A stretch of 57,023 bases of DNA, the filler included, from Squatina squatina (lineage: Eukaryota), in the NCBI GenBank assembly GCA_031763465.1. It is 3 parts of 3 records of this genome, joined end to end, with 100 filler letters (N's around TTAATTAATTAA, not from the genome) between each part and the next. Parts side by side here need not be neighbours in the genome. Positions count along the whole stretch, not along the records: positions 1 to 17,661 come from JARFOE010000016.1; positions 17,762 to 38,806 come from JARFOE010000235.1; 1 more part is not named here. One strand, given 5' to 3'. The position numbers were made by a program, and so were the translations under genes. Below are positions 12,679 through 25,089 of this stretch, piece after piece (within the stretch, counting starts at the first letter, position 1; every line of letters begins with the position of its first letter). The notes under the pieces are model-generated. The model did not search any database and had not been told where the DNA came from. It saw nothing but the letters and a program-made list of their open reading frames with translations.

Positions 12679-13802
12679 CTGCACATTACACACAAAAACA
12701 GATGAATGTCAGAGCCACTACATATTTAAACGAGCACTGCTAAAGTGCTATCACTATTGCCCTACTTCAAGTCTTCTCTGCTACTTTTTTCAACCTTGGT
12801 GCTTTCCTGCACCATGGACACTGCCCCTTCATCTTAAATTGATTGATTACAAGACAAAACAAGCAGTCTGTGTTGAGTGGTTTCCATTTGCTTTGCAATA
12901 AAATGTATCAGTAATTAAATAATGCTTTTGAAGTGACATTTTGCCAATCAGTGATGTGTATTGTCTCAGCCTGCACAGCACAAGTCAGCAAAAGCCCACA
13001 GGCAGCATGGGGATTCTTTCTTAGTATGCATTAATCAAGTTTGCAGCGGCCAGCCAATTCTCATAAGTAAACTAGAAAAATTACTTATGACAGAACTCCT
13101 ATCCATTACATTCTGCTCTTGAACGTTTTGGTAAATCATCGATTATTGCCCTGGTTACCTTTAAAACCTTCGGCAGTTCCAGCACTGTACACACCTAAAC
13201 AAGTTACCATCATATGGCTTTCCACCAAAGCTATGTTTATGGCTCTCTAGTTTCCTCTCACATCACTTTTTTCTGTTCTGTAGTTGATATTTCATCATCT
13301 GACTGTTTCCATTAATTCAGGAGTTCACCACAGCTCTATCATCTCTTCCTGTTTCTGTCCCTACTTCATATCAATGAGCTCCCACAGTCATCATTCAAAC
13401 CTATCTATTCTTCTGCTGATGATTTTACTTCACATTCATTAACTTTCTTCAAACATTCCACTGCTCATAATTATCTTACCATACTCTGACTGAATTATTA
13501 CATCTTGACTTCCTCCATGCTGTTTCATCAGGCATTTGGGTAAGATGCCCTGAATGTTCACCATAACAAAAAAGTAGATGTGATTGAACTGGAGAGCAAA
13601 ACCACAACAGACTTTTTCTTCTGTTCTTATTGTTAGTTTCAATTTTGCTTATAGCCTAAAATGTGTGTAAGAACAATAACAACACACCTTGCCAAAAATG
13701 CTNNNNNNNNNNNNNNNNNNNNNNNNNNNNNNNNNNNNNNNNNNNNNNNNNNNNNNNNNNNNNNNNNNNNNNNNNNNNNNNNNNNNNNNNNNNNNNNNNN
13801 NN

Positions 13803-14480
13803 CTCTGTTTTCTGTCCATTAACCAATCCTCTATCCATGCTAATACATTACCTCCAATCCCATGAACCCTTATCTTGTGTAATAACCTTTTATGTGACAC
13901 TTTATCAAATGCCTTTTGGAAATCCAAATATACTACATCCACTGGTTCCCCTTTATCTACCCTGCCAGTTACATCCTCAAAAAACTCTAATAAATTTGTC
14001 AAGCACGATTTCCCTTTCATAAAGCCATGCTGACTCTGCCTAATCATGTTATGATTTTCTAAGTGCCCTGATACCACTTCCTTAACAATGGATTCCAATA
14101 TTTTCCCCGACGACTGATCTCAAGCTAACTGGCCTGTGGTTCCCTGTTTTCTCTCTCCCTCCTTTCTTGAAAAGCGGTGTCACATTTGCTACCTTCCAAC
14201 CCACTGGGACCATTCCAGAAGCTAGGGAATTTTGGAAGATCAAACCAATGCATCAACTATCTCTCCAGCCACCTCTTTTAGAACCCAAGGATGTAGGCCG
14301 TCCGGTCCAGGGGATTTGTCGGATTTTAGTCCCATTAGTTTCTTTGGTACTTTCTCTCTACTTATATGAATTACATTAAGTTCCTCACCCTCATTAGACC
14401 CTTGGTTCCCCGCCATTTTAGGTGTGCTTTTTGCATCTTCCACTGTGAAGACTGATGCTAAATATTTGTTTAATGTTTCA
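13803..14480 (-). mobile_element. CR1 LINE ORF2 (RT) fragment in an MLYCD intron
   Basis: KSPGPDGLHP and SQHGFMKGKSCLTNLLEFFE..VDVVYLDFQKAFDKV motifs. Confidence 0.92.
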
Positions 14481-14821
14481 GCCTCTATTGTGTCTTCAAT
14501 TAACTCTTGCATTCACCTCTAAACATTTCTCATTTGAAGAGTTGAAATGGCAGGGAAGTGCGGCTAATTGGACAGCTCATTCAAAGAGCACAAGCATGAT
14601 TGGCCGAATGGCCTCCTTCTGTGCTGTATCATTCCATGATTCATCTGGCCAGAAACTAGTTATTGATCGGCCCATAAAATGACAGTCAGCTTTGAGCGCA
14701 AAAAGATTACTTGAATTTGACTCAATTGAGACAGACCCAAAATTGACTTGTCGGCCTACTCACAAAGTAGTATTGCTTCTTCAAATACAACTACTGCAAC
14801 AAGTGATTAAGAAACACTTAC

Positions 14822-14934
14822 TGGCTAATCTTCTGCAGCAGTTCACAAGAGGATTGCCAGGTGATACGCTCCAGGTTGAAGAATCCTACAGAAAACCAAT
14901 TTGAAAGCAGTGTCTTCAATATTCCATTCATTTC
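14822..14934 (-). CDS. MLYCD: Malonyl-CoA decarboxylase internal exon (human exon 2 equivalent), not in the ORF track
   Basis: gattttcag|GAA ATG ... AGC CA|gtaagt; 113 nt; [37 protein letters not shown] aligns with human [37 protein letters not shown]. Confidence 0.95.
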
Positions 14935-15304
14935 CTGAAAATCAACACAAAGTTAGTGAGTGAATGTGACCAACTTCAGAGGCTCAGAGGAATATTTCAT
15001 TCTGATTGAACAATTCAGTAAAACCATGTAGATTGTTTTTAGGTGGCCCTGTCATCCCCATTCCCATTATTTCTACAATAAACACCATCCAAGTGTTCTG
15101 CTAATTGACCGTACAGTTTGACTAATGGGCCCCTATCAGATACCATTACAATGCTGTACCATACAGCATCTAATGGAATACTCGCACATAAAGAATTGCA
15201 TTTTCATTTGAACAGATCAGTACTGTTTCTTTTTAAACCAATCTTTTAGTCAGCACAAACTGCATATTAGCTTCTTGGATATTGGATACACAAGTAGAAT
15301 GTGG

Positions 15305-15474
15305 AAAGCCAGCTAGGAGTTTGTTGGAATAGTCAAGTCTAGAGGTAACAAAGGCATGGATGAGGGCTTCAGCAGTGGATGAACTGAGGCAAGGACAGCG
15401 ATGGGCGCTATTATGGAGGCTGAAATATGCGGTCTTGGTTATGCAGTGGATGTGTAATCAAAAGCACATTTCTG
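15305..15474 (-). mobile_element. L2-type LINE fragment
   Basis: gttggaatagtcaagtctagaggtaacaaaggcatggatgaggg: reverse reads LIHAFVTSRLDYSN, an L2 ORF2 motif. Confidence 0.7.
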
Positions 15475-16466
15475 NNNNNNNNNNNNNNNNNNNNNNNNNN
15501 NNNNNNNNNNNNNNNNNNNNNNNNNNNNNNNNNNNNNNNNNNNNNNNNNNNNNNNNNNNNNNNNNNNNNNNNNNCCTGTGCCCCCTGTGTCCCCCAAATT
15601 TCTACGCCATAGATTTTTAGGCCCACTCAGATGGACTGCAATCTTCTCTGGTCCTGCACTTTCCAATGTTCTTATGCCACCTAGTATTTTCTGCATGACA
15701 GGCAAATTCATGAGGTACTTTTGTTTCACAAATAACCAATGACTAAATCTGTATGGATTCTAGATTAACATTTTGTGGAACAGCTAGGCAGAGCGAATTA
15801 AGTCTACAGCAAATTCAACAAAAAATGGTTGTGCATAGTAAATTAATTGAGTGCAATTTGGTATTATTTTGCAGCCCTACAGTTCAGCAAATTCACGTTG
15901 TGTTTAAATTTAAATTTGCCAAACTCATTTCACCCAGAATAAATTGGCCCTTTTTAATGTCTGTTGGGACTACTTCTCGGAACTGTTATTAATGCAGGAC
16001 AAAGATCTAAGCAGAGATGATTTTATGAGTGGATGTCACCTTACTTCTATTCTCCCTGCATCTCGCTTGTACTTAAGTAACAATTTCCCAGTTGTAGTAA
16101 CAATGCTAAAGCATATTACAATTTATCACTGATATTGTATCGTTAGTTGAGCTGTTTGGACCACTTTGTTCAGCTTTATTAACTTGTTACAAAGTGTGAT
16201 TGTAGCAATTAAATCACTGAGGCATGAATCAATCAATGTTTAATTTGTACAGAACTACAATTACTATGGTAGAATAGTCTTAAATGTTCTTGTTGGATGT
16301 CTGCCGATATTCAAATTGCTACATTTACAGTTCGTCAATTTGATATTTGTCAGTTTTTATGTATTCAAAATAGCGTAATAAGCTTCATAATTGTAGAACT
16401 GTCACATGATGGTGACAGGGTTGCATTGCAAAGGAGAGGAGTTATGCTTCAATTGTATAGGGCTTT

Positions 16467-16600
16467 GTACAGTAGACACAAACGCTGCCTCCACAAAATC
16501 CTGCAAATCCACGGGCAGGATAGGCGTACCAATATCAGTGCCCTCTCTCAGGCCAACATCCCAGCATCGAGGCACTGACCACTCATTCAGCTGCGATGGG
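16467..16600 (+). mobile_element. RTE LINE fragment
   Basis: YSRHKRCLHKILQIHGQDRRTNISALSQANIP matches the RTE copy at 22200-22370. Confidence 0.8.
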
Positions 16601-16867
16601 CGGTCCCTTACAGTCAGAATCAGGGCAATTTATAATAGGGAACAAAGAAATGGCAGACCAATTAAATACATACTTTGTTTCTGTCTTCACAAAGGAGGAC
16701 ACAAATAACCTCCCAGAAATGTTGGGGAGCATAGGGTCTAGTGAGGGGAAGGAACTGAAGGAGATCAGTATTAGTAGGGAAAAGGTGTTAGGGAAATTGA
16801 CGGGATTGAAGGCCGATAAATCCCCAGGGCCTGATAATCTACATCCCAGAGTACTTAAGGAAGTGGC
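16601..16867 (+). mobile_element. CR1 LINE ORF2 fragment, frame intact
   Basis: GPLQSESGQFIIGNKEMADQLNTYFVSVFTKED...LKADKSPGPDNLHPRVLKEV, abutting the RTE fragment and ending in a gap. Confidence 0.9.
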
Positions 16868-17237
16868 NNNNNNNNNNNNNNNNNNNNNNNNNNNNNNNNN
16901 NNNNNNNNNNNNNNNNNNNNNNNNNNNNNNNNNNNNNNNNNNNNNNNNNNNNNNNNNNNNNNNNNNNGCACAACATCGAAAATGCAAACATGTATCAAAT
17001 ACCAGTACATTTTGGTGATAAACTTAAAAGAAAAATCTATGGAGATTGAAAGAAATATTTTATTATAGTTACAGGGGTCAGTAAATGCCACTGTAATAAC
17101 TTCCTCATGAACACCTACATGTAAATCATTTATATGAAAAATGCTGAGTTAGACGATGTACTATAGTTTTAAATCTGGATAACTCAATTGAGCATAAAAC
17201 ACCTAAGTGTTAGATTCTCCTTTTGTGAAATAAATGT

Positions 17238-17386
17238 CTAAACTTCATCATAGATCTCACTATTTTGTATGTGCATTACCGCACTTGCTGAAGGAAAACG
17301 GGTCAATAAATCACATAACTTCTTAATCCCAGGTGGCTGCCACGTAGCAACAGTAACAGGATTAAGGACATAAGCGACTGAATAGC
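17238..17386 (-). CDS. Candidate terminal coding exon, product unidentified
   Basis: tttgtttccccaaaatatctag| acceptor, phase 1, (G)YSVAYVLNPVTVATWQPPGIKKLCDLLTRFPSASAVMHIQNSEIYDEV*; locally higher CpG than the flanks. Confidence 0.4.
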
Positions 17387-17705
17387 CTAGATATTTTGGG
17401 GAAACAAAAGATCTGTAACACAGTTTTCCAACTGCAGAATGCATTTGCAAACAGTACGTGTAATTTCATTACCTTTGAGTGACATGTCACACAATAAATG
17501 ATAGTAAAGAATATTTCAAAAGATGACAGTAATATTGGTTTAAAATGATTTGTGTGCTTTGTTACTAGATTAATGTATAATTTGGCCCACTGTGTAATCC
17601 ATTTTTTCCCTTCTTGGCTGAAAATTGTTTTCCAATCAAAACTGACATAATAGAATTCCATNNNNNNNNNNNNNNNNNNNNNNNNNNNNNNNNNNNNNNN
17701 NNNNN

Positions 17706-17717
17706 TTAATTAATTAA
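17706..17717. other. Artificial assembly linker TTAATTAATTAA
   Basis: Exactly 44 N + TTAATTAATTAA + 44 N; palindromic, stops in all six frames; identical structure at 38851-38862. Confidence 0.95.
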
Positions 17718-17761
17718 NNNNNNNNNNNNNNNNNNNNNNNNNNNNNNNNNNNNNNNNNNNN

Positions 17762-18075
17762 CAATCTTCTGCAATGGTTTCTCTTCCCGCTCCCGCATGG
17801 TTACCTCCAGAGTCCCCCAAGGATCTACCCTTGGCCCCCTCCTATTTCTCATCCATATGCTGCCCCTTGGCGGCACCACCTAAAGACACGACGTCAGGTT
17901 CCATGTTTATGCCAACGACACCCAGCACTACGTCACCACCAGCTCTCTCGACCCTGCCACTGCCTCGGTGTTGTCAGCCTGGATGAGCTGCCATTTCCTC
18001 CAATTAAACAATAGGAAGACCAAAGCCATTGCCTTTGGCCCCTGCCACAAACTGTGTTCCCTTGCCACTGTCTCA
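17762..18075 (+). mobile_element. L2-type LINE RT fragment
   Basis: gtcccccaaggatctacccttggccccctcctatttctcatc (VPQGS.LGPLLFLI), a degenerate YADDTQ motif and the following NFLQLN..KT-like motif. Confidence 0.8.
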
Positions 18076-18196
18076 GGCTGTTCGCAAAGCTCTACCATTA
18101 TTTGGAAAGTAAAAGGTGCAACACTGAAGGAAGAGACAGTTACTGATAGCAAGAGACTTGTCATTAGTCCCAAAAATAAAATGCAAGCTTACGTAC

Positions 18197-18278
18197 TGGT
18201 CGTAAATCTGAATATTTGCTGGAATGGCACTGATGAAACCCACTAATTTCTTGTTGGAGACGACCCGTACACCACAGT
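18197..18278 (-). CDS. NMT1: Glycylpeptide N-myristoyltransferase exon (5' part lost in gap)
   Basis: [26 protein letters not shown] followed by ca|gtacgt phase-2 donor. The NMT family is clear; NMT1 is preferred over NMT2 because of 'RVVS' and co-occurrence with PLCD3. Confidence 0.85.
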
Positions 18279-19904
18279 NNNNNNNNNNNNNNNNNNNNNN
18301 NNNNNNNNNNNNNNNNNNNNNNNNNNNNNNNNNNNNNNNNNNNNNNNNNNNNNNNNNNNNNNNNNNNNNNNNNNNNNNTAATCCTGTAGCTGCCCTGGGA
18401 GTGGATTCCCAAGTGACCATTCCCCAGTCACATGCCCAAGTGACCATTCTTCACCCGTGAGCCTAGACAATGATTACCAGCAGACCAACCATGGGGGACG
18501 TCACATCTGTGTCCCCTGTTATCGGCACCCAACATCAATGCGTGCATTTTCCAGCAGGGTTACTGGATAGGGATTATTCGCCACCACCCCATGTCCCGAG
18601 GAAGCTGTTGTCAATTGTAATGCCCTTTGCTGCCAGCTAAGATTGGCTAGCTCCATGCACACTGACTGAATAGTTTTTCTACTTCTCTGGAATAACAAGG
18701 CTGTAATAATTGACTTATTTTCTCATTCCTGGTAAGACCAGATAAGGTGGCCCATTTACAGGCCAAAGTGAATGTCCCGAATTGTCGCAATGTACTCAAA
18801 TGGAATATCTCCTCCAGGGAAGATGAATGTCCTTGCCACTTCAGTTCAGGCTGTGTTCTTGGTTTCAGGACAAATGACAGATAGAAATTAAAATCAAACA
18901 GTGGGACCAAGAAGCTTCAGTTTCTGTCCATCTAGTTTAAGCCTCACGATGCCCTGAGTGTATAGAGATGCAGACCTGTCTCCCGCATGTGCATTCTGTG
19001 TAATTCCCCGCGTAGGAAGCCTGTAATTGGGTTGCTTTCCCTGAAGTTGTCTTTGTAAATGATGCCTGTCATATATAAATAAACCTGCATTGTCCTGACT
19101 TTAAATTACTTTGAAAGGAATGGCTTTTAAGGCTGAAAGATCTGTTGAAATTATTTGCTGCTTTGCTGCTGTCCTGGTTTNNNNNNNNNNNNNNNNNNNN
19201 NNNNNNNNNNNNNNNNNNNNNNNNNNNNNNNNNNNNNNNNNNNNNNNNNNNNNNNNNNNNNNNNNNNNNNNNNNNNNNNNCCTAATTCTTACATCCTGCA
19301 TGTGTGAAAGGCGCTATACAAATGCAAGTTCTGTCTCACTCTTTCTAATCCCTCTTGTCTCGAGGACCACTCCCAATATCAGCAGCAAGGCGAGGGCCAA
19401 GCAATCCGGCAAGGATTAAAATCCAAGGGTTTTAAAGCAAATTGGTGGCAAGTTGATGTGAAATAGTTAAGCAGTGTGGAGTGCCTGAGCTGTGTTGGTA
19501 ATTTGTAAAAAGAGCTTGCTGTCTTTGTCCCCCCTGGCACCGACCCAGGCTCTGAAGCAAAAGAGTAGAGCCACGCTGAAAAGAGTAAAGAGTTGAGAAG
19601 TGACATTCACCTCACATTATTCTGATTCAATCTGAGTGGGATCCAGGCAATGGTTTGAATGTTTACAAGAGAGAGCCCAAGTGCAAACAGGGGCCATCAG
19701 ATTGCTGTGTGAGTGAAGCCAGTTTGATTCAGCAACATTTCTTTGTACACTGTGGGCCTGAGGTGCCTGTTATCTGGCAAAGTCTGAAGATGATAATGAA
19801 CCCATAAGGGCCATATTGTGCTATCCAAACAGAAAGAGATATTCATCAACCAGCAAACTTGTGGCTTTCCTTCATTTTAGAGACACCATGTTGTGTGAAA
19901 GTTT

Positions 19905-20066
19905 GTTTCACTCCACGTGACATTAGCAAGCGGCTGAATGCACTGGACGCAGCAGAGGCTGCAGGCTCCGAAAGGACCCCGGCTGTAGTGCTGAAGATCT
20001 GTGTACCAAAACTAACTGCTCCCATAGCCTGGCTATTGCAGTGTAGTCATGACACTGGCATCTACA
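19905..20066 (+). mobile_element. Old CR1/Jockey-group LINE ORF2 fragment
   Basis: FTPRDISKRLNALDAAEAAGSERTPAVVLKICVPKLTAPIAWLLQCSHDTGIY resembles the 'KA.GPD.IP..VLK.CA.EL..PL..LFQ.S...G' pre-RT region. Confidence 0.7.
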
Positions 20067-21514
20067 NNNNNNNNNNNNNNNNNNNNNNNNNNNNNNNNNN
20101 NNNNNNNNNNNNNNNNNNNNNNNNNNNNNNNNNNNNNNNNNNNNNNNNNNNNNNNNNNNNNNNNNNAAAGCATCCCTGGCACTGACAAGGAGATCCACTG
20201 ATCCTCTGGAAAGCTGACAACTTCTTTCCTAAAGACATGAAGGAGAAAGAACAACACAGAAACATTTGGGTGCAATGTCATGATATTTTGTAACTTTCCA
20301 TTTCACAGCAACAATCACTGACTCTGGTTGGAGTAGAATCGTGTAATTGAATGCTAAAACCTGTTTAATATGAAGCCACGCTGCGACAGGTGTTCTTTAG
20401 GTGCACCCACCTTGTGTTGTTTCTGAATTTTAACATTTTACAATACTATGCTACAGCAGTGCTAGTGAACCTTCAAGATTTAACAACAGAGCATATTGAA
20501 TTGGCAAAGGCCCAGCACCTCAGAGCAACAGAGGAGTAATGACACTGATAATTCATCATGTGTAAGCTGGGCTCCTGTTTACTCATAGTTACACACATAA
20601 AGATATGGAAATATTGATACAGACAAGCATAGACACATAGAGATATGAGGGCCAATACTGTGAGGCTCCACTGCCAGCACAAAGCCTTACTAGTGCTGAG
20701 CACGGGTCAGAGAATTGGGGTTATAATGTTATAGCCCTATTTCCAACCTGCACACACGTCTACCAAGACTCCGTGTTGGGAGTGGAACCTTTCGGTTTCA
20801 GCCTCTTGGAGACCGATAAACACACATAGCTGTAGAAACACTCTGACACATACACACTCTCTATCACAGAAGTACAAAACTAATATAAATCTACTTGTAG
20901 ACACACAGAAATTCACATGCACTTACACTCACAAACATTTACATGCATTCAGGTATATCTAAGACACACAGATATACAAGCACATGCAGATAATAGCCCA
21001 AAAATCGATGTGGCATGCCAATGAATGGTGCCTGCTGTGAGCTAGATTTGCCTTTGCCCATTCAATCTCTGTGATAACTTGCCCTGCATGTTGCTGGAAG
21101 TGTGAGATGGAAACGGTGCAGCATCCTCTACAGGGCATCTGGGATCTGTGTAAACAGAACAACTGCGTACCTCCTTAACCAATCAGATTGAAAGATTGTG
21201 AAACCAACAGCACAAGGTCTGAACAAGGAAGTGTGAGTTAGAATGGTGAATTCAATGTCAAATTAGGTACAGAAAGAGAATTAAAGAGAGGGAGCGAAAG
21301 ATTGGATTAAGAGAGAGAAAAAAACGACAAAGAAAAAAAAATCAACATTTTAAAATCTCAAACAATAATTAAAACCTGAAGGAAGGAGACTCCATGCTTG
21401 CAATAGTTTATTTTNNNNNNNNNNNNNNNNNNNNNNNNNNNNNNNNNNNNNNNNNNNNNNNNNNNNNNNNNNNNNNNNNNNNNNNNNNNNNNNNNNNNNN
21501 NNNNNNNNNNNNNN

Positions 21515-22550
21515 CATAATGGACATGATCTTCAGCGCACAGCAAGTCCAAGACAAGTGCAGAGAGCAGCATCAACCGCTGTACATGGCTGCCTTTGACC
21601 GCACAAAGGCCTTCGACTCCGTCAACCGGGAGGGAGTATGGAGTGTTTTTCTTAAATTTGGCTGCCCACAACAATTCGTTATCGTCCTCCACCTGCTCTA
21701 CAATGACATTCAAGCCGTCACCACAGACCCAATACAAGTGCGTACTGGGGTCAAGCAAGGCTGCGTCATCGCACCATCGCTCTTTTCCATCTTCCTCGCC
21801 GCAGTACTCAACTCCATCTCCATGAAGCGCCTCGTTGGAGTGGAGCTAATCTACAGGACCAACCACTGTCATCGAGCTGCAGTACGCAGACAACGCTTGC
21901 GTGTGTACACACTCGGAGGCTGAGCTCCAAACCATCATTGAATCATTCACTGAGGCGTACGAGAGATTGGGCTTTGCACTAAACATCCGAAAGACCGAGG
22001 TCCTTGACCAGCCTGCTCCTGCCACTATCAAGATCCACAGCAAGCTGGTGGACAACATGGATCACTTTCCATACCTTGGGAGCCTCCTCTCAGCAAAGGC
22101 AGACATTGACGATGAAACCCAACACCACCTCCAGTGTGCCAGTACAGCCTTCAGGGTAACAGTGACACCCGCCCTCCTGTATGCATCGGAGACATGGACA
22201 ATGTACAGTAGACACCTAAAAACACTGGAGAGGTATCACCAACGTTGCCTCTGCAAAATCCTGCAAATTCACTGGCAGGATAGGTGTTCTAATGTCAGCA
22301 TCCTCTCTCAGGCCAACGTCCTCAGCATCGAGGCACTGGTCACGCTCAGTCAGCTGCAATGGGTGGGCCACATCGTCTGCCTGCCTGATACAAGACTCCC
22401 GAAACAAACCCTCTACTCATAGCTTCGTCACGGCAAGCGATTACCAGGAGGGCAGAGAAAACGCTTCAAGGGCATCCTCAAAGCCTCCCTGAAAATATTT
22501 AACATCTCCACCAGTTCATGGAAATCTCTGGCCCAAGAGGTCGAACTGCA
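21515..22550 (+). mobile_element. RTE-clade (BovB/Expander-like) LINE RT, decayed
   Basis: DMIFSAQQVQDKCREQHQPLYMAAFDRTKAFDSV; GVKQGCVIAPSLFSIF; FPYLGS; LLYASETWT; frameshifts and internal deletions. Confidence 0.92.
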
Positions 22551-22655
22551 GAAGCNNNNNNNNNNNNNNNNNNNNNNNNNNNNNNNNNNNNNNNNNNNNN
22601 NNNNNNNNNNNNNNNNNNNNNNNNNNNNNNNNNNNNNNNNNNNNNNNNNNNNNNN

Positions 22656-23092
22656 TAGATCGACTAGGCTTATATTCACTGGAATTTAGAAGAATGAGAG
22701 GGGATCTTATAGAAACTTACAAAATTCTTAAGAGATTGGACAGGCTAGATTCGGGAAGGATGTTCCCGATGTTGGGGAAGTCCAGAATCAGGGGGCACAG
22801 TTTGAAGTTAAGAGGGAAGCCATTTAGGACAGAGATGAGGAAAGACCTTTTCACCCAGAGCGTGGTGAACCTGTGGAACTCTCTACCACAGGAAGCTGTT
22901 GAGGCCAGTCCATTGGCTGCATTCAAAAGGGAATTAGATGTGGCTCTTACGACTAAAGGGATCAGCGGGTACGGTGAGAAAGCAGGTACGGTGTACTGAT
23001 CAGCCATGCTCATATTGAATGGCGGTGCAGTCTCGAAGGGCCGAATGGCCTACTCCTGCACCTATGTTTCTATGTTTCTATGTTTCTATGTT
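22656..23092 (+). mobile_element. CR1 LINE 3' end with (CTATGTTT)n tail
   Basis: RRMRGDLIETYKILKRLDRLD...RGHSLKLRG...FTQSVVNLWNSLP; ends cctatgtttctatgtttctatgtttctatgtt. Confidence 0.92.
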
Positions 23093-23139
23093 AGCTCGTG
23101 TATTGTGTACAATTCTAAAAAACACACTTTATAAAATAT

Positions 23140-23600
23140 ATCAAGTTACTTTTGAGGATGCAGAGAAGGTTTCTGGAATGACAGAAGGTATGCGGGACTT
23201 CAATCTGGAGAATAATGGATTGCTTTGCTCAACACAGAACAGGCTGAGGGGAGACCTGATGAATCTATTCCAAAAGATATGTGGTTTTGATGTAGGAAGT
23301 AGCGATAAAGTTTTTCCTCTTGCAAGAGATCGTAAAAGTCACAGATTTAAAACAATTGACAATAGGAGGAGAGGGAAAGTAATGCGAAAATATTTGACAC
23401 AGAGCATTGTTTAGATCTGGAACTCACGACCTGAAAGTGGGGTGGAATCAATTTCAAAAAGCAAGTGACATAAACTTGAAGAGTAATAAAGTGCCTGGTT
23501 ATGGGTAAAATTACTAAATAGGACAGCTCTTTCAAAGAGCTGCCACAGGGAGGACGGGCCGATTGCACTCCTCCTCTACTCTATGATTCTCTGATTCTAA
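23140..23600 (+). mobile_element. Old CR1 3' fragment
   Basis: RLRGDLMNLFQKICGFD..DKVFPLA and a degenerate tail ggacagctctttcaaagagctgcc...ctatgattct. Confidence 0.7.
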
Positions 23601-24239
23601 CTACATAAGGTCTATTGAGATATCTGTCTGAAAATAAATGCAATAATCCATGGGTATTGCCATGATGTGCCTTTTGTTTAACGAGAATAAAAAGGAGCTT
23701 TAAATGATGGTCAGATACACAAATATCCATGTTGTGACTAAGGGAACCCGTCACTAAAGATACATGGACGCTGCTGGGTGGAGTGCGTGTGAAAACATGT
23801 TCATCTTTACATGTCTCCACATGAGGCCATGCCACAAAACAGAAAGGCAATGCAGGCGCCGGAGCTCTGTTATTGAATGAAAGGAGGCAGTAACGGTGGG
23901 AATTCAGATTGGGAAACATGGAGCGTTAGAGACATATTGTGAACACAAAAAGGAGCTGTAATACTCTGTTTTGAAGGATATTATTCTCTGCACAATGTAA
24001 AGATCTGCACCTCAGTGACATGCTCTGCTCCAACACACTGAATGAGTAAAATAAGTTAAATATATTCCTAGTTCTGAACGCTGCCTGACTCATTCACCAA
24101 ACACAGGTAGTTGCAAAGACAGCACAAACAAGTTCACAAATATCACAAAGAGCTTTAGCAGAAAGTGAATTTGCAGTGCATATTTGGAAATCAATAAAAT
24201 TGGCAGGGCAAGTTGCGGAGGCAGAACATCAAGTGAATG

Positions 24240-24852
24240 GGATAGCTGGCTTTGAAAAAAGGGGCATTGAATACAAGAACAAGGAAGTACTGCTGAACAT
24301 TTAGAAATCACTGGTTCTGCCTCAGCCAGTATTGTGAACAATTCTAAACACCACATTTTATGAACGATCTCAGGAACGTTGGGCGGTACAGAGAAGCTTT
24401 CCAGGATGAACGCAGGAATTATGGACTTCAATTGAAGAAGCTCGATTTGTTTTCTTAGAGGAGAGCAAGCTATAGGGAGATCAAGTTGAGGTATTCCCAA
24501 TACTGTCGGTAGTGAAATAACTAGCATTGAGAAACAATTTCCTATCATTAGTATGCAGCCAAACAATGGTCATGAAGATAAGGTAATTGACAAAATGCCA
24601 ATAAGGGAAATGATGAGAAATTATTTGCCACAGAGGGTTGTTAAGATCTGGAGGGCAGCAGGTGAAAGTGTGGGGGAATCTGATTCCTTTGGAATTTTCA
24701 AACTGAATGGTTGTGTACTTGAAGAGCATCATGTTGTAGTATTGTGGGTAGAAATCTGATTGTGGAACTAAATTGGACAGCTTTTTCAAAGAGCAGGCAC
24801 CAGGAGGTCCGGTCCAAGGCCTCCTTCTGCACTGGGAAATTGTATTATTCTA
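24240..24852 (+). mobile_element. Old CR1 3' fragment
   Basis: ggcattgaatacaagaacaaggaagt...cagagggttgttaagatctgg...ggacagctttttcaaagagcaggcac. Confidence 0.7.
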
Positions 24853-25089
24853 ATAAATAATGTCCATAGACATGGCTGTTCTTAAATACTTCCAATATTC
24901 CACGAATTGTGTCAAGTTTTGTTTTGGGCACAATGAAATAAATAAAGCTTTAAACGGAGGTCAGTTAAACAAAAGTCCACTTCCATGCCAAAGTTAAACG
25001 ATCAGTTATAAAAGAAAGGTAAGCAGCAGTGTGGAGTGTGAGTGCAAACACTGAGCATTTTAACAGTTCTACACATGCGACCAGAAAAT

